In this document: positions 11,801 through 19,313 of the stretch, piece after piece
Layout of the letters: each line of letters begins with the position of its first letter
Position numbering within the stretch: position 1 is the first letter of the stretch
IMG/VR virus record: IMGVR_UViG_3300042397_002506
Coordinates: 1 to 58,470 of that record
DNA: 58,470 bases
From: a virus
Lineage: Duplodnaviria > Caudoviricetes
Direction: 5' to 3' (one strand)
Translations under genes and position numbers: made by a program
Notes under the pieces: generated by a model
Databases searched by the model: none
Seen by the model: only the letters and a program-made list of their open reading frames with translations
What the model was told of the DNA's origin: nothing

Positions 11801-13093
11801 ACCGGATTTAGTGCGGAATATTACTCAGCAAGACCTCGTATCACTGGTGATGTAAACTACTGGACCGGCTCAATGGGCTGGGGTACGATCGATATGAACG
11901 ATCTTGCTCACTGGGGTTCTGGTTTCATTGACTCTTGGAGCAACCCTGGTAACCAACCAAGTGGTACATCACATTGGGTAGGTACGCAAGCATGGCACTA
12001 TACTGATAACGGCAATGCTCGTTATGGTTGGCAGCTAGTTGGTGGTCCAATTGGTAACCTTCGTTTCCGTCAATCATGGTCTGGCTTTAATGCATGGCGC
12101 ACAGTTCCAATGCTTGGTGTTAACGACGGTAACGGCGCTGCAATGTATGCTAACATTTATTATGATAGTGATAACACTGGTTACTACTGCGATCCGTCCG
12201 GTTCTTCAAACTTAAACCTAGATTTAACAACTGACCAGTATTACGCTCGCGGTTGGTTTAGAAATAACAACGTAAATACAGGTCTGTACAATCAGGGTAC
12301 TGGCAGCCACTGGTATTCATCAAGCTCGCAATACTGGAATGCAACTGGTAATAATAACGGCGCGGATATGAACATCCGTGGTTTAGCAGCTTATCAGGGT
12401 ACAAGTCGTTTCTGGTTGCACGGTGCAACTGATGGTTACCAAGGATTCTTGAATTCAAACGGTTCTTGGTTGTTCAGAATGTCTCACAACGCTGGCCAAT
12501 CGCCAGGTATTTGGTTCTACGAAGCTGGCGAAAGCTGGACTGGTAACATTGGTGCTGACGTTGGTAAGATTGAATACCACGCAAACCGTTTCTACATCGT
12601 GTCTGGTTCTAACTCAGATCGTATTGTGCAGTTTAGACGTGACGGTAGTGATTTCTCTTATATTGCTAACGATGGTGTATTTGTTGGTACTGCAACTTCA
12701 GCTCGTTGGGCCGACTTAGCAGAACGTTATGAAGCAGACGCTATCTATGAAGCAGGTACAGTATTAGCTATTGGTGGAGATAAAGAAGTTACTCTTTATC
12801 AACCTGGTATGCCACTTGCTGGAGCAATATCAGTTAAGCCTGCTTATCGTATGAATGATGAGAATTACGGAAACGATAATTCTATCGAATCTAAGATGAA
12901 TCCGTTTGTCGCTCTTAAGGGTCGTATTCCAGTTCTAATTAATGGTTCTGCTAAAAAGGGACAGTGGATTATTGCTGATAAAGACGGAAGAGGTAGAGCT
13001 GTAGATTACGGTACATCCGGTATAAATACGTTTGACATTATTGGTATCGCTATTGGTGATAGTAACGGCGGTGAGGTAGAAGTTAAAATATAA
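2813..13093 (+). CDS. Giant modular tail fibre/adhesin (3,426 aa) with a C-terminal autocleaving-chaperone-like domain
   Basis: ATG at 2813 follows a GGGGAGAG SD. About 21 copies of (R/Y)APIFYDSxxxxYYxD and 7 of H(N/R)G(D/N)xxx.F. C-terminal ARWADLAERY...GTVL...VALKGRIPV resembles peptidase G2/intramolecular-chaperone domains. Confidence 0.85.
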   Translation: MANNKKFIVKNGLESQENVVIGTTTDDGVNKLQVTGSSKLTGAVEVTQSTAATPTVKFTNSAGPSALIAEFAGTSQSVRITNFSAGDYSILNTGQSNGIRLFNDTAGLDILYNGNTDLVFNSTGIDFKRAPTYLGNVFWNAGNDGANSGLDADLIDGLDSSQFLRSDESDTMNGSLIITGNLTVQGTTTTLSTETILLADNIITLNSNYTGSTPSENAGIEVERGTLANSTFQWLEASDKWELGGPSLGLILGDTSNRQGAITSYANSFIIEAGGASGVSSGTVLLSGRLFGTAANAGVAAFHNPTTNISYGELLYNGSPRIRSESVGVTALGNSTVQGTLTVGTGSGGAYIYLDGAGTNGTIYSSAGEIGFLNASLNYALKVDTAGDVRVTDNIYAQKFIDINNNTYQVVPSVTSVLNNIDLEGSLRHNGDTDTFITFPTTGRIGFTLDGTQYGLMTNTAFQYTGDVIADRFLDRSDNAYYVDPANSSVLNTVGIDSDLFHNGDTDTKLSFATDSITLSTANVVRLTANTTALTSSLDVYAPRYYDSNNNAFYLDPASTSELNSANFYSASANNAINVGINAAQRFNIDVTSSQGYIRYIQNEIDATDHSVNFEIISGSGGLNRFNFNKNIDVGSNTITGGFGVFTSGAYASVFYDYDNEAFFADLNNTGNSINIAGTVQAGNGTLALPSYTFGSDTNTGMYRAGVDTIGFSAGGNDEFRILTTYTLSPGSSRAPIFYDSDNTAYYGDFASTSVMNRVGIDDYIQHNGNITSYFGFSANNIFKLFTNGAERLNIDDNSADFSVDVYAPRYYDSNTITYYGDFAATSVMNRIDIDDYIRHNGNTTSYFGFSANNIYKLFTNGVERLNVDDDSADFAVNVYAPQYYTNDYLIHNGDTNTYVGFDANDQFGVWTNGVKQIAVNTTAVAINLNTNITGALDVTGRATIGNSLTRPDSLAVLANSAARIGGADVHLHVASLGAAANYAVALQSGRQSDNVSFPLVMQPNGGNVGVGTLTAGATLTVNKKTAQGNNPFAAGTSLFSLGDVDVVDYSIRTDSFGNIFHVNDNGGNQIWYTSSAGGLFAILNTGDVVVNNDSTTYAVTDAATNFIATGTASNNKLHVTGSISMGSINDVISIYGADGANTAITSATFLGVNELGFSGGGGFYMNDTATVRVRGNKAISTTGDITGARFIDAGNNTYIVDPAGTSVMNRIDIDDYIRHNGDTDNYFGFAANDTFRVFTGNAQRLNIDNDSADFTVNVYAPIFYDSDNNAYYGDFGGTSNMSRIDVDDYIRHRGNTDAYFGWAGNNNFKLFTNGTERFNIDADSADFAINVYAPRYYDSNDSTYYVDPASVSIMNNVSFGVPGNGSNVKGRFLSIEGDTDASGEGSSRIFFAEHNSTTADQDKYGMALAYRGGNAAINSVTGQPTTLTGLGNGEWGLLGYDNSISGNWAMRGPRSSAYVEARGDFRAPIFYDSNNTAYYGDFASTSIMNIVRVGQLQVDDATTFIDSRAGDYGTIRVEGTTGAGSWAGYAIRDDWVFMSNGAASAGIYNDTDNEWALEAAQNSWTRLYANGVHQLSAENGYGFAPTSMRSPIFYDSDDINYFANFAAGNANNAIKVNGRIFREGFTADSGSTNTFLLAQDENQFIWNTATNWGIFWATNTSAAYRYTPFGDNMISFVGAGNLRAAIDLDNGAAYFQGAVTAADFKINGGNEDLGILKTYGSGLGDTMMFDGTEYWEKRVIKVMQGAEANATNTTAEYVKNNNGPFASTYALRTNQYRTFDSDYIPVEPGEQIYGEIAVRYISGSGGLVYMGVRRYDKDKLAIAGNDGIEYFVVGGNNVTDTNWQTFRGHTTIPSSHTPFSGSDGGACKYVRVIVLMNYPNAGGPALREYGPPVLKRVNHLSNLVTDFDLSVGGNATITGDLTVDDITSDVIDANLFRDRSNNAYYVDPYGFTNLGRDTGTVVAITKTGASTDNTLIVTNTRGDHSYGITGEFRVEGTAGTDRPSILFSSGYNSNTWSAGFGFTDSNFRIKYDHGHRNGSWGTTSLEIDRSSNVWAYGSMRSPIFYDNDNTGYYGDFASTSNLNALNAEATTVRHLNFKGEGGDSGVGTRAYSIYQEAGAWSFPYPDLRIAFHTGIKFGANSGYQGMRFYDDYTMVTQVMSINNANDALGANNVYVNNSLQAGSSLRAPIFYDSNDTNYYGDFASTSVVNVLRANQLQLDGSTYTIDSVSDDYGSIAVNGYRNGWAGYSINNQWVFMSSGPGNAGIYNDVNNQWAILAAQTSDVQIFFNGTWEERSRSGFMEARGSYRAPIFYDSDNTAYLIDGNGTSRLLNLNVDNVIGGSVNGYSELLLSRDNRTIAPSEDPAARMRFGFTSWANNDSAPYADYLHLRSYTDASGGSDNLITFLKSGIGMRIRQQTWGSGTAYSTVRNVTIYNENPGAGNDLYASIYYDSNDTSYRVDPTDTSIIRYLKVNTAGSSSGTRALTIKSDGQAEINFGAYPGNWTSALQIQNNNNTDFVWISPLDDGQNARFRTGGSGLDIYTDGGSGDAGTYSAFIGSGSVRSSIFYDLDNTGYYLNLNGSSNHAGDFRTDQFYARGWFRNDNSGTGLYNQATAMHWYSDTSSRFRLYSTTSTSQILMATAGDVARGYVYAENDNSIGFLNNGGSWRMRIVSGDWIDVGGSSIRAPIFYDNQDTTYYVDPNSSARIATVGVGLAANNGGKLSVTGGHGDSNIRVTAQGNQLGSGVTSSMHWWVSEPGVTWNEGGFGFNVTNDGGTPSGFGRPNTSYGQGYMRYTTGGDIVVYNTNTSGTRFQNMEFLSNGTVYANNYLTGGNSLRAPIFYDSQDTGYYSDPNGGSRLNTTENIGRVGFSNYLVSRNEGGMMGSYNATGTADKVIWTIGESWPLGNMYGLAYSYGGFGPFGTQHKLVLRENGSTSTQFGFGGNMYVAGSGAAQNDFRAPIFYDSNDTAYYFDGASVNSTRFEGVSNRTKAMMGLPGRTGFSAEYYSARPRITGDVNYWTGSMGWGTIDMNDLAHWGSGFIDSWSNPGNQPSGTSHWVGTQAWHYTDNGNARYGWQLVGGPIGNLRFRQSWSGFNAWRTVPMLGVNDGNGAAMYANIYYDSDNTGYYCDPSGSSNLNLDLTTDQYYARGWFRNNNVNTGLYNQGTGSHWYSSSSQYWNATGNNNGADMNIRGLAAYQGTSRFWLHGATDGYQGFLNSNGSWLFRMSHNAGQSPGIWFYEAGESWTGNIGADVGKIEYHANRFYIVSGSNSDRIVQFRRDGSDFSYIANDGVFVGTATSARWADLAERYEADAIYEAGTVLAIGGDKEVTLYQPGMPLAGAISVKPAYRMNDENYGNDNSIESKMNPFVALKGRIPVLINGSAKKGQWIIADKDGRGRAVDYGTSGINTFDIIGIAIGDSNGGEVEVKI
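13021..13028 (+). promoter_or_regulatory. Candidate late promoter inside the 3' end of the fibre gene, upstream of the enzyme island
   Basis: Exact TATAAATA about 80 nt upstream of the 13108 start. Confidence 0.55.
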
Positions 13094-13107
13094 TACAGGA
13101 TGTAAAA

Positions 13108-13545
13108 TTGATTAGATTATGCAAGTTACTACCATTGCTTAAGCAAGAAATTATTAGCTATGACAGATATGAGTCCGGGGAACTAAAAGTAATAGGATAC
13201 CCCGGACTTCTTAATTCTGATATATCAGTTAGAGATAAGATGAGTTATTCGCAATGGCTAGAATCGTATCAAACATATCCAATAATTAAAGTAGAAGGAC
13301 TTGAAAGAGTTATCACTAGCTTTAAATCTGTACATCTATTTTACAATCAAAAGTCTCGTTATAGTTTTAAATGGCACACAGACCCAGTAGACGTTCAACT
13401 GTACGTTCTTAAGGGTACAAAGTTTCTGCAAGTAAGAGACAAGAATTACAAATTAGTAGCAGGACAATCTGCTAGAATTCCTAAGAATTATCTCCATAAA
13501 GCATACAGTATTGCTGATACTTGGGCATTGAGTACAGTATCTTGA
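13108..13545 (+). CDS. JmjC/cupin-type 2OG-Fe(II) oxygenase
   Basis: WHTD (HxD)...GTK...IPKNYLH iron triad and cupin layout. TTG start with AGGA SD. Confidence 0.75.
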   Translation: MIRLCKLLPLLKQEIISYDRYESGELKVIGYPGLLNSDISVRDKMSYSQWLESYQTYPIIKVEGLERVITSFKSVHLFYNQKSRYSFKWHTDPVDVQLYVLKGTKFLQVRDKNYKLVAGQSARIPKNYLHKAYSIADTWALSTVS

Positions 13546-14300
13546 TGCAGCATATTTTTAATCCACCTGCTATAATTGCGAATGCTCCTGCTTTTAAAGA
13601 AGCACCGGCAATTCAAAAAGAACGTATTGAATTTGAAGATAAACTAAAAAGACAAATGTTTTTTGGTTCTATATCTAAAAGAGAAGCAGACGGAAGAACA
13701 TATAATTATATTGATAAAAACGGCGAGTATGTTTCTAGCTTTTTAAGTCCGTATAATGCAAACATTCTTGATAATGTAGAGCCAGAAATAAAAAATTTAA
13801 TATCGGCTTTAATAAGCAAAGGTTATTTAACAGCCGGATCTTGTCAAGGACATACCGTTGGTAAAGAAAAAAGTTTAACACGATGGGTAATGATTTCTTT
13901 TATTAGTTTGGAAGAACAAAATCGATTTATTAGTCAAATTAATAGCTTTAAATTGCCGGTGTTTTGGTATTTTAATTTTTTAAACACTGTTGAGAATCCT
14001 AAAACAGAAGAAACTAGAGACGGTAAGTCGCTATCTATAAATTTTAAAGATGTCCAGCATAAATCAACAGATGAAGCAAAACACAATAAATACACTAATA
14101 AAGACCTAGCAGATTATTGGAACATTATGTTTGCTAGGAAGTACGCAGAATATTATCCTGTAATGATGTGTATTTGCTCTTGTCCTGGCGATATATCAGT
14201 TTTAGAAAAAATTAAAACATTTATGTTTTGGCCTTTTCGAAATTACTACACTACCAAACTGACAGCTAAAATAAAGAGTATTAATAATTATGAATGGTGA
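13545..14300 (+). CDS. Hypothetical protein (L..KGY.T.GSCQGH motif)
   Basis: ATG at 13545 overlaps the upstream stop (TGATG); 251 aa; family not assignable. Confidence 0.7.
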   Translation: MQHIFNPPAIIANAPAFKEAPAIQKERIEFEDKLKRQMFFGSISKREADGRTYNYIDKNGEYVSSFLSPYNANILDNVEPEIKNLISALISKGYLTAGSCQGHTVGKEKSLTRWVMISFISLEEQNRFISQINSFKLPVFWYFNFLNTVENPKTEETRDGKSLSINFKDVQHKSTDEAKHNKYTNKDLADYWNIMFARKYAEYYPVMMCICSCPGDISVLEKIKTFMFWPFRNYYTTKLTAKIKSINNYEW

Positions 14301-14303
14301 AAT

Positions 14304-15362
14304 GTGAAAGATATTTTAATATATTTAAAAACAACCGAAACTTGTAATCTTAATTGCATGCATTGCTTTACTAGTGGAAGTAAAGGTGCAAAAATTTATT
14401 GGGATTATAAAAAGGTAGCAGATTGGTTGCATCGATTATCAGTCGAGATTCCGCAAACAAGTCATACTCATTTAGAGTTTCATGGCGGCGAACCGTTCTT
14501 AGCTGACCTTGAAACTATGCAATACGTATACGATGATTGCAAAGACTTGTGGACAAGCCAAAGTTGGGGTATTACAACTAACTTAACATTTAAATTAACA
14601 CAAGATAAAATAGATTTTATTCAAGGGCCGTTAGGCGGACACATTGGTACAAGCTGGGATCCTGATATTAGATTTTCCAGTCCTAAACAATATGATCTCT
14701 GGCGTAAAAACGTAGAAACATTAATTGACTTAGGCGTAACTATAAAATTGTTTGTTAGTGTAACAAAAGGCACAATAGCTATAGAGCCTATTGATTTACT
14801 AGAATGGGTTCGAGACTTAGGAGTCAAAGAATTAGCACTAGAGCGTTTAACAATGAATGGTAGTGCTAGAAATAATTTGCATATATTCCCTACTAACACA
14901 GAACAAGACAGTTGGTTCTTAAAAATGCATGAACAAAGCAAAAAAGCAGGCGCTCGAGATTGGTTTGATAATGAATTTTTCGAAAACGTATATGCTAAAT
15001 TTGAATCTGGAATGACAAAAGGTGGCACATTTTGTAGAGACTGTGAAGAGAAACTATTTACAGTTAATGCAGATGGATCTATTTCTGGATGTCCAAATAG
15101 TGCGCCAGAACATTCTTTTGGACATATTAATGATGATATACCACAATTATTGTACAGTCCAAAGCGAATAGAAAACATTGCTTGCGAAAGAAGCAGAGAT
15201 CCGAGATGTTATGAATGCCCAGTTTTTCAATATTGCGGCGGTGATTGTCATCAATTAGAATGGCAAGATGATGTTTGCGGAGCTCCAAAGAGTTTGATGC
15301 GCGAGTTAGCTGGAATAAATAGAATAAATACTAATAAAGTATTCTTAATAAAGGAATTATAA
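14304..15362 (+). CDS. Radical SAM/SPASM protein 1 (peptide/protein maturase-like)
   Basis: CNLNCMHC (CX3CX2C), FHGGEP, SPASM-type CRDC...GCPN...CYECPVFQYCGGDC...C. Confidence 0.92.
   Translation: MKDILIYLKTTETCNLNCMHCFTSGSKGAKIYWDYKKVADWLHRLSVEIPQTSHTHLEFHGGEPFLADLETMQYVYDDCKDLWTSQSWGITTNLTFKLTQDKIDFIQGPLGGHIGTSWDPDIRFSSPKQYDLWRKNVETLIDLGVTIKLFVSVTKGTIAIEPIDLLEWVRDLGVKELALERLTMNGSARNNLHIFPTNTEQDSWFLKMHEQSKKAGARDWFDNEFFENVYAKFESGMTKGGTFCRDCEEKLFTVNADGSISGCPNSAPEHSFGHINDDIPQLLYSPKRIENIACERSRDPRCYECPVFQYCGGDCHQLEWQDDVCGAPKSLMRELAGINRINTNKVFLIKEL
15314..15330 (+). promoter_or_regulatory. Tandem late-promoter variants (AATAAATA x2) upstream of the Cys-His-tailed gene
   Basis: AATAAATA at 15314 and 15323. 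The same variant precedes gp19 (39367) and the 28415 gene (28385). AAGGA SD follows. Confidence 0.45.
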
Positions 15363-15363
15363 A

Positions 15364-15936
15364 ATGGCAGGCGGTTTAACCGATAATATTAATGCGCAGA
15401 ACGTTGTAAATAGATTTGCTGATTACGTTCGCGGAGCAGCAAATCAAGGTATTTCATGGGGAACTAACTCCTATCCTTTTGGAGAGTTTAGTGCTATTGC
15501 GTTTGTATTTGGTGGAGACACTAATGGCAAACCCATCGAAATTAGTGGTGGAAACATTAATAGCAACCCTATTACTGCTCAAACAGTATATCAAGTATTA
15601 ATTGACGAAACCACAAGATATACACGTGTTAGATTAATGCGAGCATTGCTGTTTGTCGATGGCGCCGGCGGAAATACTGGAACCCGACCAAATCCTGGAT
15701 ACGTATATGACGGCACCGCAGTAGCACATCTTAACAGTAATTACCAAGTTGGAGTTAGTGCTGGTAGAAATAACGTGTTTGCCGGAAACGTTATGACTAG
15801 AGGCGGTACCGCCGATATGTTTAACAATATGCGTGCAGCTTATAACAACATTCGTGGGCAGGCTGTAACATTTCAAGTCAACGTTTGCCATGCTAGTTGC
15901 CATAGCAATTGCCACAACTCTAGATCGAGAAGATAA
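15364..15936 (+). CDS. Gly/Asn-rich protein with C-terminal CHASCHSNCHNSRSRR; putative modification substrate/virion protein
   Basis: All 3 Cys lie in a period-4 CHxx repeat at the C-terminus. Composition resembles the fibre genes. Directly follows rSAM/SPASM 1. The function is inferred. Confidence 0.6.
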   Translation: MAGGLTDNINAQNVVNRFADYVRGAANQGISWGTNSYPFGEFSAIAFVFGGDTNGKPIEISGGNINSNPITAQTVYQVLIDETTRYTRVRLMRALLFVDGAGGNTGTRPNPGYVYDGTAVAHLNSNYQVGVSAGRNNVFAGNVMTRGGTADMFNNMRAAYNNIRGQAVTFQVNVCHASCHSNCHNSRSRR

Positions 15937-16655
15937 TGAACTTTATTAAAACAACCGCACCTATTTCAATCGACAATTTAAAAAAATATTTTGTTGATAA
16001 AGACACATTTTTTCTTATTGACTACAAAAATTCTGCTTTAAATGGTAGCAAACTATTAACATATCTCAGCAATCTAGATGTGCCAGCAGACATAGATTTT
16101 ACTGGATGTTCTGATGATGAATTTTTTGAAATGACAAAAGAATATTTAAATTCGCAAACTATTTGTAACATTGCATTTTTAGAAAAAGCTGTAATAACTA
16201 TTTTAAAAGAAAAAAACGGATTATCAAATACTGAATTCTTTAAAGATTTCATATCTAAAAATTCAGTAATATTAGATGAATGGTTATCTAAAATTTATAG
16301 CTTGTCGTTATTTAATATGTATGCGATAGATGCGCCAGAGTACAAAAAATTTGTAACTGATCATCCATTAGATACTACTGATTCATTAGTTGGCATTAAT
16401 TTTGTTAGCTTATTAAAGCATGAAGAATTATATGACTTGTATCAGACAGTCGAAACAAGCAAAATGAAATATTACAAAACATATTTTGACGAATACATGT
16501 TTAAAGGTAAAAACTTGTATTCGTATTGGGCTAACGAAAACAATCCAATGTTTTTATTAACTTTTAATATAGCAGAGGGAACTATTACAGGTGATGAGTA
16601 TTTTGCGAATATAAAAGAAACAATTAAGGAGATAGAAAATGCTACACCTGTTTAA
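15936..16655 (+). CDS. Hypothetical protein of the radical SAM island
   Basis: 239-aa ORF coupled to the upstream stop (TAATG). Confidence 0.75.
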   Translation: MNFIKTTAPISIDNLKKYFVDKDTFFLIDYKNSALNGSKLLTYLSNLDVPADIDFTGCSDDEFFEMTKEYLNSQTICNIAFLEKAVITILKEKNGLSNTEFFKDFISKNSVILDEWLSKIYSLSLFNMYAIDAPEYKKFVTDHPLDTTDSLVGINFVSLLKHEELYDLYQTVETSKMKYYKTYFDEYMFKGKNLYSYWANENNPMFLLTFNIAEGTITGDEYFANIKETIKEIENATPV

Positions 16656-17682
16656 CAAAGTTTATATTGTTAGTGATTCATTAGTAAATATAAACTTTGA
16701 TAGAGTAGTTATTTCTCAGCAATATGGTAAGCAAATGCTTGAGACATTAGATAAGATTGCGTACGGAGATCTTATAGCCTACGGTGCTAATATTAATGAA
16801 GTGTTAGCAGATTCTAGCTTTCCTGAGTTTATTCAATTAATTAAAAACAAAGCTGCAGTATCCGACAAAAAGATTATAATATACGCAGATGACGCAAGCT
16901 TTTCTAAGTTTGTAGCAATGTGGTTTAAATCTATTTTTAAAAATATTTCATTAGAATCTGCTTGGCTAATATTGTCTTCGTATATTGAAAAAGAAAAGCT
17001 AATGAGAGGTTCTAGAACAAACTTATATACCGCTAATGTTGCAGATGTTTTTCCATTATTAACCGAAGAACAATTTACCAGCGATTTTACTGATGCAATA
17101 TCTCATGATTTAATTGACATTACTTCAAGTATTAGCTTTGAGATATTGCTAGCAAATTACATTAATAATAATACTTATAAAGAAGAATTAAAAAGTTCAA
17201 TAATTACTATTTTAAAAAGAGCTTTGGAAGAATTAGCTATTGAAGTAAAGTATTCGTATGTAAAGAATTTTAAAAATACTCAATATCCAATAATTGCTGA
17301 TGCCAAAAACTTCTTTACCAATTCCAGCATTTATACTGGATTGAATTTAGGCCGAGTTAGTAGCCAACATAACACAACAAATTTAACCAGTGCTACAACT
17401 GAAGATATTGCTAAGTTTAAAACTGTAGCTAATTTAATCATGTTAAACTGGGAACAATTCCAACAACAGTCAACAATTTTTTCTTTAATACAGTTTCTTG
17501 ATGTAATTAGACAAACAGAAATTACAGATGCAAACTTAGAATCGATTATCAATTTTGAAAAAAATGCTTTAGGTACAATGAGAATATATTCTTCAGCAGA
17601 CGAAGAAAAAATTAACATTTATTTTCTTAGACATGTGTTGTCTGCTGCGCCTAGTGATTTAGAAGAATATGAACTTAAATGA
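16639..17682 (+). CDS. Hypothetical protein of the radical SAM island
   Basis: 347-aa ORF with AAGGAG SD, overlapping both neighbours. Confidence 0.75.
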   Translation: MLHLFNKVYIVSDSLVNINFDRVVISQQYGKQMLETLDKIAYGDLIAYGANINEVLADSSFPEFIQLIKNKAAVSDKKIIIYADDASFSKFVAMWFKSIFKNISLESAWLILSSYIEKEKLMRGSRTNLYTANVADVFPLLTEEQFTSDFTDAISHDLIDITSSISFEILLANYINNNTYKEELKSSIITILKRALEELAIEVKYSYVKNFKNTQYPIIADAKNFFTNSSIYTGLNLGRVSSQHNTTNLTSATTEDIAKFKTVANLIMLNWEQFQQQSTIFSLIQFLDVIRQTEITDANLESIINFEKNALGTMRIYSSADEEKINIYFLRHVLSAAPSDLEEYELK

Positions 17683-18298
17683 TCAATATTATGATCGTGG
17701 TTTTTTTGCAGTAGAGTTAGACGGACTAACTAAAAGTCTTTTGTGGAATGAAATTACTACTACTAATTGGGTGCCAGATACAGTAGATGGTATTTACAAA
17801 CAAATACCAGATTGGTACAAAAGTAATGTTAACTTAAAGAATATTACTGGAGCAAATCGAGCCGATTGCGAGCGAATTATTGGTGATCATATTATGAAGC
17901 TTGCTCCAGAATCTCTATTAAATGTTGGTAATATTTTAGTAGATACTGAACCATTTCAGTTGTTTAAAAAATACTTTAAACGACATGAGTTAAAATTTGT
18001 AGATATGTGGAATGGTAGCGAAGAAATACCATATCATTTTGACACTATTAACGGGTGCGATACATTAGTACTAATATATTTAACAGATCAACACGTCTGG
18101 GATCCAAAATGGGGTGGTGCTATTTCTATGAAAAAAGAAGTAGATAATTTTGTTATATTTGAACAAGAAATATTACCTAACAATGGTACTATGCTAGTAA
18201 TTAATAATGCTAATCCGTTAGTTTATCACAAAGTTACAGCACTCAAAAATACTAACATAAATAGATATACATTTTCTTTTAATTATAATTGGTTTTAA
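17669..18298 (+). CDS. 2OG-Fe(II) oxygenase (prolyl-hydroxylase-like)
   Basis: YHFD...W...WGG...HKV...RYTF: HxD...H triad plus the 2OG-binding Arg. Confidence 0.85.
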   Translation: MNLNDQYYDRGFFAVELDGLTKSLLWNEITTTNWVPDTVDGIYKQIPDWYKSNVNLKNITGANRADCERIIGDHIMKLAPESLLNVGNILVDTEPFQLFKKYFKRHELKFVDMWNGSEEIPYHFDTINGCDTLVLIYLTDQHVWDPKWGGAISMKKEVDNFVIFEQEILPNNGTMLVINNANPLVYHKVTALKNTNINRYTFSFNYNWF

Positions 18299-18299
18299 T

Positions 18300-19313
18300 A
18301 TGATTGCTTCGCAGCTAATTGACATGCATAATAAGCGCCCTACGACTGGCGAAATAATTGTTACGCTGTTTGAACTCTGTAATTTGTCGTGTTTATTTTG
18401 CCCACAAGACCATGCTAGTATCGAAGGCATTGATACAATCGTAAGTAAGATAGATCAAATTAAAAGTGTAATTGATACTCTGCGCAAAAAAGGAAAAAAA
18501 GACTTTTCAATTCATCTTATGGGCGGAGAATTGTTTTCTGATGAGCTAGATGATTCTGTATTTAGAGATTACAAAACTCTTATAGACTCAATAAATACTT
18601 ATTGTATTGAACAAAACGTGCCAGTAAATATTTCAGTTGTAAGTAATTTAGTATGGCAAAAGAAAGATAGAGTTAAACGGTTTTTAGCTGATACTGATGT
18701 TAGCATTATGACTAGTTATGATCCTTCTGGCAGATTCGATAAACACTCTTTAGAAATATTTAAAGAAAATGTTGTAGAATTTAAAGATCATATTGTAACG
18801 GTAAACGTCATTATAACAAAACCTACAATAGATAAGTTTTTAAAAAATCAAATACCATTCTTTGATTATTTGTACGAAAATTTTAATGTTTATTTTGATC
18901 AATACGGACCTGAAAAAAATCAAAAGTTTTTAATGGCGACTGATTTGCAGGTCCGTGACTTTATGATTTACTTAGTAGATCACTGGCCAAACGTAATGCC
19001 AGTTACAGATTACTTTTCAAAAACAAAAAGTCAAATGACATGCATGGATACATATACAGTGATGCCTGCTGGTAAATGGGGTGGGTGTGGTCAATTCGAA
19101 GAAATAGATAAAGTAATACCAATTAAACTAGTCACTGAGCAATCGTGGCTAGATGGATATAACTGCTTAGAATGTGAGCATTTTAATAGATGCTCTCTTG
19201 GTTGTTTTATGAGCAACCATGTAAGAGATATGCGAACCCAAAAAGAATGTTGGCTAAAAGAAGTTTATGATTATGTTGACAATAAGATAACGACTGATGA
19301 GGATTCAAAATGA
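18300..19313 (+). CDS. Radical SAM protein 2 with C-terminal Cys-rich (SPASM-like) domain
   Basis: CNLSCLFC, MGGELF, C-terminal CLECEHFNRCSLGC...C. Confidence 0.88.
   Translation: MIASQLIDMHNKRPTTGEIIVTLFELCNLSCLFCPQDHASIEGIDTIVSKIDQIKSVIDTLRKKGKKDFSIHLMGGELFSDELDDSVFRDYKTLIDSINTYCIEQNVPVNISVVSNLVWQKKDRVKRFLADTDVSIMTSYDPSGRFDKHSLEIFKENVVEFKDHIVTVNVIITKPTIDKFLKNQIPFFDYLYENFNVYFDQYGPEKNQKFLMATDLQVRDFMIYLVDHWPNVMPVTDYFSKTKSQMTCMDTYTVMPAGKWGGCGQFEEIDKVIPIKLVTEQSWLDGYNCLECEHFNRCSLGCFMSNHVRDMRTQKECWLKEVYDYVDNKITTDEDSK

Noticed and set aside
15886-15915. c-type haem-binding motif
   Set aside because: Spacing is CX3CH and overlapping rather than CXXCH. There is no signal peptide and no cytochrome c maturation gene.
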